In this document: positions 1-10,951 of the stretch, piece by piece
Position numbering within the stretch: the first letter of the stretch is position 1
Layout: every line of letters begins with the position of its first letter
Source: Candidatus Bathyarchaeota archaeon
GTDB lineage: Archaea; Thermoproteota; Bathyarchaeia; Bathyarchaeales; Bathycorpusculaceae
Assembly: GCA_963827165.1 (NCBI GenBank)
Contig: CAWGZR010000005.1
Coordinates: 576,001 to 640,000 of the forward strand
DNA: 64,000 nucleotides
Direction of reading: 5' to 3'
Translations under genes and position numbers: made by a program
The notes under the pieces: model-generated
Told to the model about the DNA's origin: nothing
Seen by the model: only the letters and a program-made list of their open reading frames with translations
The model's database searches: none

Positions 1-1
1 C

Positions 2-403
2 CGTGCGTTTGGATATGCGTTTAACTTCTTGAAAGAAAGCTTTTCTGTCATCAACTTCATGAAGAACGTTCGCAAAAAGGACAAGGTCCACAGATTCTTT
101 AGGGATCCCTGTATGGCACACATCGCTTTTTATGGTTTTAATTACTCTTGGATTCGCCTCAGACTTAGAAATATTTTCCCTTAAACTCTCCAGCATACTC
201 TCATTACTATCAACAGCATACACTAGACCTTTTTCTCCCGTCATTTGAGCCATTGGTATAGTAAAGAAGCCAGGTCCTGAGCCTAAGTCAGCCATCGTCA
301 TTCCTTTGGCAATTCCGACATTTTTTAAGATCGTTTCTGGGTTGTGCCATTGCTTTCTTTCTTCTGACATAAGGAACTTGGCTCGGTCGCTATGGTATTC
401 CAT
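2..403 (-). CDS. Class I SAM-dependent methyltransferase (3' end runs off window)
   Basis: Manual translation from ATG at 403: MEYHSDRAKF...MADLGSGPGFFT...VYAVDSN...VDLVLFANVLHE; SAM-binding motif I DLGSGPG. Confidence 0.85.
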   Translation of the reverse strand, partial: MEYHSDRAKFLMSEERKQWHNPETILKNVGIAKGMTMADLGSGPGFFTIPMAQMTGEKGLVYAVDSNESMLESLRENISKSEANPRVIKTIKSDVCHTGIPKESVDLVLFANVLHEVDDRKAFFQEVKRISKRT

Positions 404-934
404 TTTTATTCCTCGACTACCGCTTGTTTGAATACGTGCTACCCCCACACCATTCACTAATAAAAACCTTGGGTCAAAGCCCAATGGACTAAATTAAGAC
501 TTTTAGCTACTGTGGGGTGGATTTGAATTGATTTTTTTCTGAAATTTCTTCTCGTCCTTTGTTCTTTAATATTCACTTAAGGTCACCTTTGACCCGCTGC
601 TTAAGTATGTTTCAAATAGATTAGCTAAAGCAAGTTTAATTCATTTGGCGTTGATGCTGCGTTGAATTAGCTTCCCTAAGGTAAGCGACTCTTTTGTCGG
701 TTCTCTGAGGTAAATATTGCAAGTTCAAGATATCTTCGGCGTATTGCTTGGCCCCACTTCAATGAATAAATGACTGGGGTTCCCCCACCCTGCCAAGCTT
801 CCGTGAAGACGATGGCATTTTCCAAAAACTGCCGTAAATGGTTTATTTGTTCAAAAAAAACGCTAAATATTAATGCCCGTTTACATAAGAAATAATTGTT
901 TTAAACAGTGTCAATAAGGAGGAGGTAATTTTGC

Positions 935-1219
935 TTGTTATATGAAGCCACTCATACTCATCAAGCTTCTCGATGCCCATTATTGTCGACTGAAGGTAAA
1001 GCCATGCTTAAGCAGCTTTTCTCGGAGCAGAACATGAAGAATTCAGGCGTCAATTTGGTAGCCGCTTATATGAGTTGTCCGCAAGATACCTCAGTGGACC
1101 ATAAAGGTTTTTTCACTTTGGACGCCGAAAATCCGGAAGTAGTTAAAAGATTTTTTGGGCAAATGGCTGTAGAAGTAAGACCAGTCAAACCACTAAGCGA
1201 AGTTGCCAAGTTGTTATAA
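935..1219 (+). CDS. Small hypothetical protein (HTHxxxxCP motif, possible metal binding)
   Basis: 94 aa ORF with a strong SD (AGGAGGAGGT) just upstream of TTG. Confidence 0.65.
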   Translation: MLYEATHTHQASRCPLLSTEGKAMLKQLFSEQNMKNSGVNLVAAYMSCPQDTSVDHKGFFTLDAENPEVVKRFFGQMAVEVRPVKPLSEVAKLL

Positions 1220-1229
1220 TCTAAGGATC

Positions 1230-1424
1230 TCATGCTGTCTTTAATACGATTGCTGAAAAATTGCACTCAGCTGTGCAGTCGCCACACCCTCTGCAATATG
1301 TAGCGTCAACAACGCTTGGTTCATCGCTATCAATTCGGTTAATCGCCTTGTATGGGCATATCTTAGCAGCCTTACATTCAACACAATGACCGCACTTTCT
1401 TGGATCAATAAACGCCTTATGCAT
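1230..1424 (-). CDS. 4Fe-4S dicluster ferredoxin
   Basis: CGHCVEC..ICP and CRGCGDCTAEC motifs; start at 1424 (GTGAGG upstream) or 1448. Confidence 0.85.
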   Translation of the reverse strand: MHKAFIDPRKCGHCVECKAAKICPYKAINRIDSDEPSVVDATYCRGCGDCTAECNFSAIVLKTA

Positions 1425-1552
1425 AGCCCTCACTTGGAAGGTTTCCATAAGGCTTTATTGAGATTTACGCTTCGACTGACTGCAGCAAGCGCCGAAATTC
1501 CTTGTAAGCTAACACGCAACAAAAGCTTAATCACGTTAAACTCCGCCGAGGG

Positions 1553-2032
1553 CTATACTACTTCTTTTGTGGTTTTTGGTTTTCTTGGTCGCCATGTTAA
1601 AGCACTATAGATTGTAAACACTAAGAGAGCCACAAACACCGCTGCTTTGATGGCCGTGAAATCTATGATGGCTGAGTAAAGTGCGAAGGCGACGGGGAAC
1701 CCTCCGATGTATATTGTGAAAAATATTGCTGTGGGCAGCTTGTAGCTATATTTGTAGTCTTTAAAGATGCGTCTGCCAAAGTATAAGGCTGCCAAGCGCC
1801 CCATGCCATGAGTGCATTTTATGCAATTGTAACATGGACGCAAGCAACCCAGAATATGCAATACACCATAAATCAAGATGAGCGTTAGGACAAAAAACAC
1901 AATACCCGTTATGAAATTATATAGCAGAAAAGCCACTGAATCAAGAACAATCCAAAGAAAAAGCGCTAAGTTACCAAACAGAACCAGTTTTTCTGGGAAG
2001 AAAATTGGTCGACCGTTTTTTGGTTCTGTCAT
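1553..2032 (-). CDS. Hypothetical 4-TM membrane protein with Cys cluster
   Basis: Four hydrophobic segments; CLRPCYNCIKC motif. Confidence 0.75.
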   Translation of the reverse strand: MTEPKNGRPIFFPEKLVLFGNLALFLWIVLDSVAFLLYNFITGIVFFVLTLILIYGVLHILGCLRPCYNCIKCTHGMGRLAALYFGRRIFKDYKYSYKLPTAIFFTIYIGGFPVAFALYSAIIDFTAIKAAVFVALLVFTIYSALTWRPRKPKTTKEVV

Positions 2033-2197
2033 GCCAGCATCTTCCAAACGATTGGAATATAAATTTTTAGCATAACAAATTCGCTTGCGCGCAATAAACT
2101 GTTCCAGTGGATAGCCAAGAAGTGACCGTAAGCAAACCGTGATTTTACTGCTTCTATTTTTTCTTCAACATTCGTCATGTGCTATCCTCAATGCCTG

Positions 2198-2605
2198 TTA
2201 TCTCAGATACCGTTTGATCATCGCTTCGATATGCACTTTGGGGTAAGCGCCAACTAATCTCTCAACTTCTTTGCCTTGGCTAAAGATGATAATAGTTGGA
2301 ATGCTCATTATTCCAAAGCTGCTCGGTACCACTTGATTCTCGTCAACATTCATTTTTCCAAATGTAGCTTCACCCGTATATTCTGCTGAAAGAGCCTCAA
2401 TTATGGGTCCTACCATTCGGCAGGGGCCACACCAAGGAGCCCAAAAATCTACAACGAGAAGGTCATGAGTCTGTACAGCTTTATGAAAACTATCGTCCGT
2501 TACTGTCATAGGCTGATTACTAGCATGCCCTGAGTTCCTGGCTTGAGCAAGCATAGCTTGAGTCTTCCTTAATCGAATTTGATCTAAATTATTCTCTTCG
2601 GCCAT
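2198..2605 (-). CDS. trxA: Thioredoxin
   Basis: DFWAPWCGPCR active site; SIPT cis-Pro motif. Confidence 0.95.
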   Translation of the reverse strand: MAEENNLDQIRLRKTQAMLAQARNSGHASNQPMTVTDDSFHKAVQTHDLLVVDFWAPWCGPCRMVGPIIEALSAEYTGEATFGKMNVDENQVVPSSFGIMSIPTIIIFSQGKEVERLVGAYPKVHIEAMIKRYLR

Positions 2606-2633
2606 AATTCATCGCCAGCGTGCAATAGACATC

Positions 2634-2738
2634 TTATGTTTTCTTTGCAGCCTCTCTTAGTTTCCAAACCTCACAGTGAGGCGCATGATCGCACATTTCT
2701 TCTGGTATGCCTCTTGGGCACTCAAATTTTTTCTCCAT
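2634..2738 (-). CDS. Putative small Cys/His protein (34 aa)
   Basis: MEKKFECPRGIPEEMCDHAPHCEVWK; co-oriented directly upstream of trxA. Confidence 0.4.
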   Translation of the reverse strand: MEKKFECPRGIPEEMCDHAPHCEVWKLREAAKKT

Positions 2739-2849
2739 AATCTTACGTCCATATGCTTCAAAGGAATGCGAGCCCACCCAAATATATCTTACGGTATTGT
2801 CAATACTAAACAATACCATTTATATGTAAGATTTGATAATCACGTCCTT

Positions 2850-3233
2850 ATGGAAAGCATTAACCTGCTAACAAGAAAGGGTGCTTCATGCACTGACTTA
2901 CTCACATGTCTATACAACTTGAAACCTTCAGACCTAGAAGTCCTCCTTGCGCTTGCAAAAAATGAAAACGCTACACTAGACCAAATCGCAAAAATTGTGC
3001 AAAAAGATCGAAGTTCGGTGCATCGCTGCCTTTCTAAGCTTGTAAGCATAAATTTAGTAAACAAGCAGTCAAGATCTCTCAAAGGAGGAGGATACTACCA
3101 CACTTACACCATGCTTGACCCAGCAACAATTAAGAAGCACGCACTCGAACGAGTAAAAGAAATCACTGAAAGCCTTGAAGCACTAGTAGACAGCTTCGAA
3201 TTAGACCTTCAAAAACACTTAAGACAAGCCTGA
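2850..3233 (+). CDS. TrmB-like wHTH transcriptional regulator
   Basis: CTDLLTC N-terminus, HTH (TLDQIAKIVQKDRSSVHRCLSKL), GGYYHTY wing. Confidence 0.85.
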   Translation: MESINLLTRKGASCTDLLTCLYNLKPSDLEVLLALAKNENATLDQIAKIVQKDRSSVHRCLSKLVSINLVNKQSRSLKGGGYYHTYTMLDPATIKKHALERVKEITESLEALVDSFELDLQKHLRQA

Positions 3234-3281
3234 AAACAAATGTACGGGAGAAAAAATAAAGAGAGACATAAAGTGGAGCAA

Positions 3282-3662
3282 ATGGAATGTAAACGCTGCA
3301 AATTGGCTCTAAAAGAAGGAGAAACATATGATCTCCACGGCAAAGTCTTATGTGAAGACTGCTATATGTATGAAACAAATCCCCCAAAAGCATGTGACCC
3401 CATGGCTGTGTCATCAGCCTTGTCTGTTCGAAAACAATTAGGGCAATCAGGCAGTTCAGGCTTAACTGACTTACAGCAAAAAATCTTCAACGTTATAGAG
3501 AAGCATGGCAAAATCACAAAGGAGGACTTGGTTAAGACCCTAAACGTTAAGACAGAGCAGCTGGAGCAAGAATTTGCTTTCTTTAGGCATTGCGAGCTAC
3601 TTCGGGCTTTTAGAGAAGATGGCAAAATATATTTTACAAAGTGGGAAACAAAAAGCGCTTGA
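3282..3662 (+). CDS. Zn-finger plus wHTH hypothetical protein
   Basis: CxxC...LCEDC, ACDP motif, C-terminal wHTH with RHCEL. Confidence 0.75.
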   Translation: MECKRCKLALKEGETYDLHGKVLCEDCYMYETNPPKACDPMAVSSALSVRKQLGQSGSSGLTDLQQKIFNVIEKHGKITKEDLVKTLNVKTEQLEQEFAFFRHCELLRAFREDGKIYFTKWETKSA

Positions 3663-3719
3663 AATATTTCTCATTAAGAAAATTGACACCTTGTCTAAGC
3701 GGTCCAATCATATGATGAT

Positions 3720-4079
3720 TTAATGGATAAATTGCAATTCTGTAATTCTTTTTTGAACGATATCTGCCAACTTTTCTATGAGGCTTTCTTCTGGGATTTT
3801 CTTGTCTAGTTTGTCAATTGTTCGGGCAAGTTCCTCGTCGCCGATCGTAGTTCTTAGCCACTTCTGAAAGTCGCCGCGGTCAAAGTGGAATTTGATTGAT
3901 TGCGTATCAACGGTTCCCATGTCTCTTAAGAATGAGCGGAGAGACAGTGCTGTTTCACCGGTGTAATGGCCGTCTGGCATAAAGAAGTGGAAACCTGAAG
4001 CATAAGGGACTGTTCTCAGAATTTTCTGAGTTGCTTGCAGGCTGCAATTATTACGCGCGTTAACCAAGGCGTCCACCAA
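3720..4079 (-). CDS. DUF5752-like protein
   Basis: GFHFF...GHYTGETA.SL..F...SIKFHFDRGDFQKWLR..IGDEELA pattern. Confidence 0.7.
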   Translation of the reverse strand: MVDALVNARNNCSLQATQKILRTVPYASGFHFFMPDGHYTGETALSLRSFLRDMGTVDTQSIKFHFDRGDFQKWLRTTIGDEELARTIDKLDKKIPEESLIEKLADIVQKRITELQFIH

Positions 4080-4260
4080 CGGAATTAATTATATAGCCTA
4101 TATGCCTTAAGTCATATTTAATGACTTGAAGTCGTTCCGCTTCCTCATGCTTCTTAGCGGTTGCTCTGATGTCTGATTCCTCTATCCCTTGTTTGATTGC
4201 GTTGGCAACTTTCTCTGCATTGCCTGTTTTAGACCAATAAATTATCAGTGCAGTTTTCAT
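4060..4260 (-). pseudogene. Truncated flavodoxin-like protein (N-terminal part only)
   Basis: MKTALIIYWSKTGNAEKVANAI is the flavodoxin P-loop; similarity stops after KYDL. Confidence 0.65.
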
Positions 4261-4270
4261 TCTTAAGCTC

Positions 4271-4693
4271 TTAACCCTGCTCCGTTTTTCCTTCAAATTC
4301 AACCTTTACTGGCGTTGGTTCTTTGAAGATAAACAGCACGGGGCAGTTTGCTTCGGTTCTTCTCCAAGCAGCCTCTAACAGTTCTTTCCTTGTATCAGAG
4401 GCGGCATTGACTTTCATCGTGACGCCACTTATCATGGGCGAATCTGGCGATTTGTCAGCTTCAGCAGTAATTTCGACCATTTTGAGTTTGATGTTGCTTT
4501 TTTTACATATATCGGCGAAAATTGTAACGCCACAGTCAGCCAACGCCATCAAACTAAGTTCAAGGGCTGTCGGACCGCAATCCGTTCCGCCTGAAGCTGT
4601 TGAGAGGTCACACTCTACGCTATGGTTTCTTTGATTATCAACCTTTGAATGTACATTTTCAACCCAGGTAGCTTTTGCTTTTATTTTTGGCAT
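4271..4693 (-). CDS. OsmC family protein
   Basis: GGTDCGPTALELSLMALADC and EANCPV, the two conserved Cys. Confidence 0.9.
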   Translation of the reverse strand: MPKIKAKATWVENVHSKVDNQRNHSVECDLSTASGGTDCGPTALELSLMALADCGVTIFADICKKSNIKLKMVEITAEADKSPDSPMISGVTMKVNAASDTRKELLEAAWRRTEANCPVLFIFKEPTPVKVEFEGKTEQG

Positions 4694-4733
4694 TTCTTTT
4701 CACCTATTAATTTTTTAATGTTTTAGTTGGAAT

Positions 4734-5123
4734 TTAATGTTCGTGTTCATGGTGATGGGCGTGTTCGCATCCGCCAACAAGATCTTTGAGTTTACCTTCT
4801 TTGAAAGATTCTATATTGCCTTCAACTGTGTTTGCATTTGCTTCCAAAACTGTTACGCCGGCATCTTGGAAGGCGTTTAGTGCTCCTGGTCCAATCGAAT
4901 AAGCAACTACAACGTCTGGTTTCAATGCCAAGAAACTTTCGTGTGAGTGCCCTGGAGCCCCTCCCATATGTTCACTTTTGTTTGGTTCAGTTTTGACTCT
5001 CGCAGTTTTTTGGTTCTCGTCAAGTTCTACTAGGGCGAAGTATGGTGCTCTTCCGAAGTGGTGTGCTACTTGAGCTTCTAATCCCGTTTCGTCTTCGACC
5101 GGTATCATTATTTTTTTTGTCAT
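4734..5123 (-). CDS. NifB/NifX family (dinitrogenase FeMo-co-like) protein with His-rich tail
   Basis: HHFGRAPYF, IGPGA motifs; C-terminal CEHAHHHEHEH. Confidence 0.9.
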   Translation of the reverse strand: MTKKIMIPVEDETGLEAQVAHHFGRAPYFALVELDENQKTARVKTEPNKSEHMGGAPGHSHESFLALKPDVVVAYSIGPGALNAFQDAGVTVLEANANTVEGNIESFKEGKLKDLVGGCEHAHHHEHEH

Positions 5124-5155
5124 TTGATAACCTTTTTAATTTTTTAATTGATATA

Positions 5156-5201
5156 GTTTAATAGGCAAACAATATTAATAGGTTATGTTTAGAAAGTAAA
5201 C
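5156..5201. promoter_or_regulatory. Two 15-bp palindromic operators GTTTA-N5-YAAAC, 31 bp apart, in the divergent nifX-like/lrp promoter
   Basis: GTTTAATAGGCAAAC (5156-5170) and GTTTAGAAAGTAAAC (5187-5201) flank a TATA-like ATTAATA. Confidence 0.55.
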
Positions 5202-5211
5202 GGTTTTGCTC

Positions 5212-5781
5212 ATGGATGAGATTGACAAGAAAATCATAACTCAGCTTCAAGCAGATGGCAGGACATCTCTTGAGGATCTGTCCAAAATAACAGGCTTCAC
5301 AAGCATGGGAACAAAGAAAAGGTTGGAAAAACTAATTAAAAACGGCACAATCAAAATTTCTGCTCTGATCAACCCAAACGCGCTGGGGCTGCACCTGGCC
5401 ATTGTAATGCTGGAAATCGAGAGCGCTGAAGCGATGCAAAACGTCCTTGACCGTTTCGAGGAGTGCCCGAGAATAGTTCAGATTTTCAAAACAATAGGCG
5501 GCTACAATCTAATGGCACTTGTAGTTGCGGAAACGAGAGAAACATTAGAAAGCATCTCGATGGAAAAATGCTCCTTAAGATGCAGCAAAGGCATCCGGAG
5601 ATCGGAATTTTACCCTGTTAGCGACACCTATTTTTCGACTTTCCTCCAAATAAGAGAGAATTTGGCAAACAAAGAAAAAACGGTTGCGCCATGCAATGTT
5701 GAATGCGCCCCTTGCAACCGATATGAAACCCAAAAGTGTGTCGGTTGTCCTGCTACGAATAACTACAAAGGTTCTCTGTGA
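5212..5781 (+). CDS. Lrp/AsnC regulator with Cys-rich C-terminal extension
   Basis: [22 protein letters not shown]; RAM domain (IGGYNL); tail PCNVECAPC...CVGCP. Confidence 0.9.
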   Translation: MDEIDKKIITQLQADGRTSLEDLSKITGFTSMGTKKRLEKLIKNGTIKISALINPNALGLHLAIVMLEIESAEAMQNVLDRFEECPRIVQIFKTIGGYNLMALVVAETRETLESISMEKCSLRCSKGIRRSEFYPVSDTYFSTFLQIRENLANKEKTVAPCNVECAPCNRYETQKCVGCPATNNYKGSL

Positions 5782-5795
5782 AAGGAAAAAACAAC

Positions 5796-8210
5796 ATGAG
5801 CCACGAAAACAAAAAAATCACCCTCAACATCGGCGGAATGAGCTGCATAAATTGCGCACTCTCAATAGAAAAAGCACTCTCTAAACTAAACGGCGTAACC
5901 CACGCCACCGTCAACTTCGCCGCAGAAAAAGCAATTATAGAATACAACCCAAACCTTGTCAACCAGAAAACCATAGAAAACACCATCGTCGAATCAGGAT
6001 ATCGCGTCATCCATGAGAAAATCGTTCTCCAGATAGGCGGCATGAGTTGCGTCAACTGCGCCCAAAGCATAGAAAAAGCATTAAACAACAAAGAAGGCAT
6101 CTACAAAGCAACCGTCAACTTCGCTACAGAAAAAGTCACCATTGAATATAACCCCGAGCAACTAAGCTTGACTGGAATCAAAAAAACCATACAAGACGTC
6201 GGCTACCAAATCATCGAACCCGAAAAAACCATTCGGGACGCTGAAGGCAAAGAGCGCCAACGCAACATTCAACGCCTAAAAATCCTTCTGGCAGCAAGCG
6301 TTGCATTGACCATCCCTATCATACTCTTGATGTTGTTCCCAGCTTTGCCCATGCAACAAAACAACATTCTACTATTCATATTGGCAACTCCCGTACAATT
6401 TATTGTCGGATGGACCTTTTACGTTGGCGCATACAAAGGCTTGAGAAACAAAACCGCCAACATGGATACCTTAATAGCCATGGGAACATCCACTGCTTGG
6501 CTCTATAGCACCGCAGTCACTTTTGCACCAAGCATATTCCCCGGTGCTGGAGTATTTTTTGATACAGCGACAATGATCATGAGCTTCATTTTGCTTGGAA
6601 AACTCTTAGATGCTGTTGCAAAAGGCAGAACATCGGAAGCCATAAGAAAAATCATGGGTCTGCAAGCAAAAACTGCCCGAGTAATCAGAGGTGGTGAGGA
6701 ACAGGAGATTCCAATTGAAGATGTCCTGGTAGGAGATATTGTGGTCGTCAGACCTGGAGAAAAAATTCCTGTTGACGGCATCGTTATCGAAGGATATTCA
6801 GCGATAGATGAGAAAGTTATCACAGGCGAAAGCATACCCGTTGAAAAGAAAAGCGGCGACCAAGTGGTGGGTGCCACCATGAATAAAACTGGGGTGCTAA
6901 AATTCAAAGCCACCAAAGTCGGCAAAGACACAGTTCTTGCCCAGATCATAAGCATGGTCGAAGATGCCTTGAGTTCCAAAGCACCCATTCAAAGACTAGC
7001 AGATATCGCGTCAGGCTATTTTGTTCCAACCATCATAATCACCGCCACGCTCTCAGCATTGGCTTGGTATTTCATATTTGGCGCGACCTTCATTTTTGCC
7101 CTTACCGTTTTCATTGCCGTGTTAATTGTCGCTTGCCCCTGTGCTCTTGGACTCGCGACCCCCACAGCCATTATGGTTGGGGTTGGGAAAGGAGCAGAAA
7201 ACGGAATTTTAATCAAAAACGGCGAAACACTGGAAGCAGCTTATAAGCTTCAAATAATAGTTTTTGATAAAACAGGAACGCTCACCAAAGGAGAACCCGA
7301 AGTCACAGATATCATCCCAACAGAAGCGTTCAAGGAAGACCAACTTTTGCTACTAGCAGCCATCGCAGAGAAAAACTCAGAGCACCCGCTCGGAGAAGCC
7401 ATAGTAAAAAAGGCAAAAGAGAAGGGGCTTCGGATTGATGAGCCTGACGTCTTCAATGCCCTCCCAGGATATGGCGTGGAAGTAGAGCATAAGGAGGTCA
7501 GGATCTTGTTGGGTAATCGCAAGCTCATGGAAGCAAACAACCTAGACATTGACGCGTTTGACGTTAAGATGAAGGGGCTTGAGGAAGAAGGGAAAACCGC
7601 AATGCTGCTTGCAGTAGATAATCAACTTGCAGGATTGATAACTGTTGCTGATACTTTAAAGGAACACTCTGCCGAGGCTGTAAGAACCCTTCAGCAAATG
7701 GGCTTGGAGGTTGTTATGATTACAGGCGATAATCAAAGGACAGCCAACGCCATCGCAAGGCAAGTGAGCGTTAATCGCGTATTCTCTGAAGTGCTTCCAA
7801 GCGAAAAAGCCACGGAGATAAAGCGTCTTCAGGCGGAAGGCAAAGTTGTCGCTATGGTAGGCGACGGAATAAACGATGCTCCAGCTTTGGCACAGGCAAA
7901 TATTGGTATCACCGTCGGAAGCGGAACAGATGTAGCAATTGAAACTGGAGACATCGTGTTAATTAAGAATGATTTAAGGGATGTAGTGGTAGCTATTCAA
8001 TTGAGCCGCGCCACAATGAAGAAAATCCGGCAGAACTTATTCTGGGCGTTCTTTTACAACATCATCCTCGTTCCCTTGGCAGCAGGCGCATTCTATCCTA
8101 TTTTGCATGTCCTGTTTAATCCAGTCTATGCGGCAGCAGCAATGGCAAGCAGCTCAGTAACTGTAGTTACAAACGCCTCTCTCCTCAGGCGATTTAAACC
8201 AAAAATCTAG
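5796..8210 (+). CDS. copA: Copper-translocating P1B-type ATPase
   Basis: Two GMSCxxC HMA domains, [33 protein letters not shown] and MxxSS. Confidence 0.97.
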   Translation: MSHENKKITLNIGGMSCINCALSIEKALSKLNGVTHATVNFAAEKAIIEYNPNLVNQKTIENTIVESGYRVIHEKIVLQIGGMSCVNCAQSIEKALNNKEGIYKATVNFATEKVTIEYNPEQLSLTGIKKTIQDVGYQIIEPEKTIRDAEGKERQRNIQRLKILLAASVALTIPIILLMLFPALPMQQNNILLFILATPVQFIVGWTFYVGAYKGLRNKTANMDTLIAMGTSTAWLYSTAVTFAPSIFPGAGVFFDTATMIMSFILLGKLLDAVAKGRTSEAIRKIMGLQAKTARVIRGGEEQEIPIEDVLVGDIVVVRPGEKIPVDGIVIEGYSAIDEKVITGESIPVEKKSGDQVVGATMNKTGVLKFKATKVGKDTVLAQIISMVEDALSSKAPIQRLADIASGYFVPTIIITATLSALAWYFIFGATFIFALTVFIAVLIVACPCALGLATPTAIMVGVGKGAENGILIKNGETLEAAYKLQIIVFDKTGTLTKGEPEVTDIIPTEAFKEDQLLLLAAIAEKNSEHPLGEAIVKKAKEKGLRIDEPDVFNALPGYGVEVEHKEVRILLGNRKLMEANNLDIDAFDVKMKGLEEEGKTAMLLAVDNQLAGLITVADTLKEHSAEAVRTLQQMGLEVVMITGDNQRTANAIARQVSVNRVFSEVLPSEKATEIKRLQAEGKVVAMVGDGINDAPALAQANIGITVGSGTDVAIETGDIVLIKNDLRDVVVAIQLSRATMKKIRQNLFWAFFYNIILVPLAAGAFYPILHVLFNPVYAAAAMASSSVTVVTNASLLRRFKPKI

Positions 8211-8247
8211 ATCACAGTACATCACGGATTGGAGGTGAAAAAAAATT

Positions 8248-8436
8248 ATGGCTAAAGATTTGGTATGCAACATGGAAGTTGACGAGAAAACTGCAAAGTA
8301 CAAAACAATCTACCAAGGCAAATACTACTATTTCTGTGCTCCAGGATGCAAAAAATCCTTCGAAGCAAACCCTCAAAAATACATCAGCGGCAACTCGTCA
8401 AGTCAAAGTTGCAGTTGCGGTCACGACCAATGCTAA
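8248..8436 (+). CDS. YHS/TRASH domain metallochaperone
   Basis: KDLVCNMEVD...YYFCAPGCKKSF; SD GGAGGTGA. Confidence 0.9.
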   Translation: MAKDLVCNMEVDEKTAKYKTIYQGKYYYFCAPGCKKSFEANPQKYISGNSSSQSCSCGHDQC

Positions 8437-8673
8437 ACCGTTAAGGTTTAGCCTTAAATGTTCTTTTTTCTTTGGACTTTTTGATCAAAATAATCATGAT
8501 GTTTTGGTTCTCACTTAAATGCAACTGCACGCTTTTTAGCTACCGTTACCTCGATTATTCTCATAGTGCTGTTTTTTAGCAAAGAAAAACTAATTGCAGC
8601 CGCTATGAAAAAGTTAAACATGAAATAATTGACTATAATTAATTATTAAAAGACAAAGAAAGGAAGATGGAAA

Positions 8674-8958
8674 ATGTCTGAGGAAACATACGAAGGCATA
8701 AACAGAGGCAAAATACCTTGGGACCCAAAGATCGATTATAAAAAGTGTATGACCTGCGGGAAATGTGTTGATTTTTGCCATATGAGTTCCTTTAGAATAG
8801 AAGAAAAAGATGGTGAAAAACGACCTCTGGTAAACCCAAACAGATGCGTTGTATTCTGCAGAGGTTGTGAGGATATTTGTCCCGCCGGCGCTATCACTCA
8901 TCCCTCGGAAGAGGAAACACAGAAGATAATAGACAAAATAAAAAAAGACAAAACCTAA
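8674..8958 (+). CDS. 4Fe-4S ferredoxin family protein
   Basis: CMTCGKCVDFC and CVVFCRGCEDICP. Confidence 0.9.
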   Translation: MSEETYEGINRGKIPWDPKIDYKKCMTCGKCVDFCHMSSFRIEEKDGEKRPLVNPNRCVVFCRGCEDICPAGAITHPSEEETQKIIDKIKKDKT

Positions 8959-9004
8959 TTTCAACTTACTATTTTCTTTAACCCCTGGAAGTAGACTGTA
9001 GAAA

Positions 9005-9334
9005 ATGAGTGAAGGTCATATCAGGGTTAGACGCTGGGAAGAATTCAAACGCTTAGTTAGGGAAAAGAAGCCGAAATCGATAGTCTACATCCTTGAACAA
9101 AATGCTCTCTCTCCAAACAAAGAACTCACAACGTTAAGGATAATATTGATGCATGACAAGCGTTACTACATCTTTCTAGATTTCCCAAAAGGTCAGTGTC
9201 TTAGAGAAACGGGGATTCCTTTGCGAAAAAGCAAAAATGGTCTTTATAACCTCGACGAAGATGAAGTCAAGACGATTCTACAGAAAGAGTTTGAAAAAGA
9301 GAACTTGGAGATTTTTTCCTTCTGGACAACTTAG
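9005..9334 (+). CDS. Hypothetical protein
   Basis: 109 aa ORF with protein-like composition, followed by a T-rich terminator. Confidence 0.7.
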   Translation: MSEGHIRVRRWEEFKRLVREKKPKSIVYILEQNALSPNKELTTLRIILMHDKRYYIFLDFPKGQCLRETGIPLRKSKNGLYNLDEDEVKTILQKEFEKENLEIFSFWTT

Positions 9335-9387
9335 TTTTTTTCAATTTTTAAATTGAATAGATTTTTGACATGTTCAATGTTTAGCTC

Positions 9388-10740
9388 TTAACGGCTGATA
9401 GAATATTTTTTGTGTCGAACCGTTATTAATGAAGCCACGATGACTAAAACAACTATTACAAAAACTAATAGGTAAACGATTTCTGCTGTAATGGAGAGCA
9501 AGGGCTGGGTTTCTGGTGAAGGTGTCGAAGTCGTTAGCGGATAGCCAAAAGCGTAAACACGATGATCCCACGAACCCACATAAACGATTCCGTTCCAAAC
9601 AGCAGGAGAAGAACTCACGTGATTCCCGGTGGCATACGTCCATATATCTGCTCCACTTGATGCATTCAGACAATAAACATTCCCATCCCAGCCTCCGACA
9701 TAAACAAACCCTCCAGCAACCGCAGGTGAAGAATCCACCCCGTCACCTGTGGCAAAACTCCAGATTTTCGCCCCCGTCAGCGCATTGAGGCAGTAAATGT
9801 TTTTGTCAGGGTTGCCAGATCCAGATTCGCCAGTTCCCACAAAAACGTAGCCGTTGGCGACTGCGGGGGTTGAGGTAACCCAACTTTGTGCGGCAAAATT
9901 CCATATTTTGTTTCCATTTGTTGCATTAAGGCAATAGACATTGTTGTCATCTGACCCGACATATACGCGACCATCAATTACCGCGGGGGAAGACTCCACA
10001 ATATTTCCGGTAGTGAAATTCCAAATTTTAGCACCAGATGAAGCATCCATGCAGTAGACTTCCCCGTCTGCGGAACCCGCAAAGATATAACCATTCACGA
10101 ATGCTGGGGATGACTCTACAAGTCCACCCGTCTTGAAACTCCAGATTTTGGTGCCGTCTACAGCGTTGATGCAATAGACGTTTCCATCCCATGACCCAAC
10201 ATATAGATATCCATTCACGATCGAAGGACATGATTCCACGGTGTTTCCTGTTGTGAAGTTCCAGAGTTCAGCGCCTGTCGCAGCGTTCAAGCAGTAAATG
10301 TTGTGGTCGTAGCAGCCAAAATAGACTTTGCCGTTTGCCACAGCCATTGAAGAACTGATTGCGATACTTTCTACGCCATGAACAATTTGTGAGTTAATGG
10401 GGACAGTGAAATTCCATATTTCAGACCCATCCAACGCGTTAATGCAATAGGCAACTCCCGCGTCAGAGCCTATGTAAAGGCGGTCGTCAACGATTGCAGG
10501 AGAAGCCCCGACTACACTGTTAGTCGTATAATTCCACAGCAATGTGGCTGGAATTGGCGCTGATGAGCTGGTTGAATAGCCTGTGTGGCTTATGTCGTGA
10601 TGAAACATTGGCCAATTGTCTGGTAAATTGGCGTATACTATCGACAATGACGATGGAAGGAGAAGAAAAATCATTGATACTACTAAAAAAGACGTTACCA
10701 AGATAACGATGGGACGATCAGTTCCTTTCATAGCAAGCAA
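9388..10740 (-). CDS. Secreted, membrane-anchored PQQ-like (BamB-type) beta-propeller protein
   Basis: Signal peptide, WPMFHHD, about 8 repeats of SSPA..YVGS.DGNVYCLNA.TG..IW, C-terminal TM. Confidence 0.9.
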   Translation of the reverse strand: MLAMKGTDRPIVILVTSFLVVSMIFLLLPSSLSIVYANLPDNWPMFHHDISHTGYSTSSSAPIPATLLWNYTTNSVVGASPAIVDDRLYIGSDAGVAYCINALDGSEIWNFTVPINSQIVHGVESIAISSSMAVANGKVYFGCYDHNIYCLNAATGAELWNFTTGNTVESCPSIVNGYLYVGSWDGNVYCINAVDGTKIWSFKTGGLVESSPAFVNGYIFAGSADGEVYCMDASSGAKIWNFTTGNIVESSPAVIDGRVYVGSDDNNVYCLNATNGNKIWNFAAQSWVTSTPAVANGYVFVGTGESGSGNPDKNIYCLNALTGAKIWSFATGDGVDSSPAVAGGFVYVGGWDGNVYCLNASSGADIWTYATGNHVSSSPAVWNGIVYVGSWDHRVYAFGYPLTTSTPSPETQPLLSITAEIVYLLVFVIVVLVIVASLITVRHKKYSISR

Positions 10741-10951
10741 CCTGCACGTTAATGCATTATCCTTATGCTTTTGTTTGATATATCATCATTTCTACCCTAA
10801 CCCGCAAAAGGAATATTTCGAGATCGTTTTTGAAGAATCCTGGACTTAGTTAGGTTTCCAATCCAAATTCTCAGCCTTAAGCAAACTATTTCCTATTTGC
10901 AGAAGAAACGTAAATTAATGCTTGCTTACCACTATTTCCATGTGAATTATT

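Noticed and set aside
9388-10740. PQQ-dependent dehydrogenase
   Set aside because: Only structural propeller repeats; no adjacent-Cys catalytic motif recognised and no pqq genes
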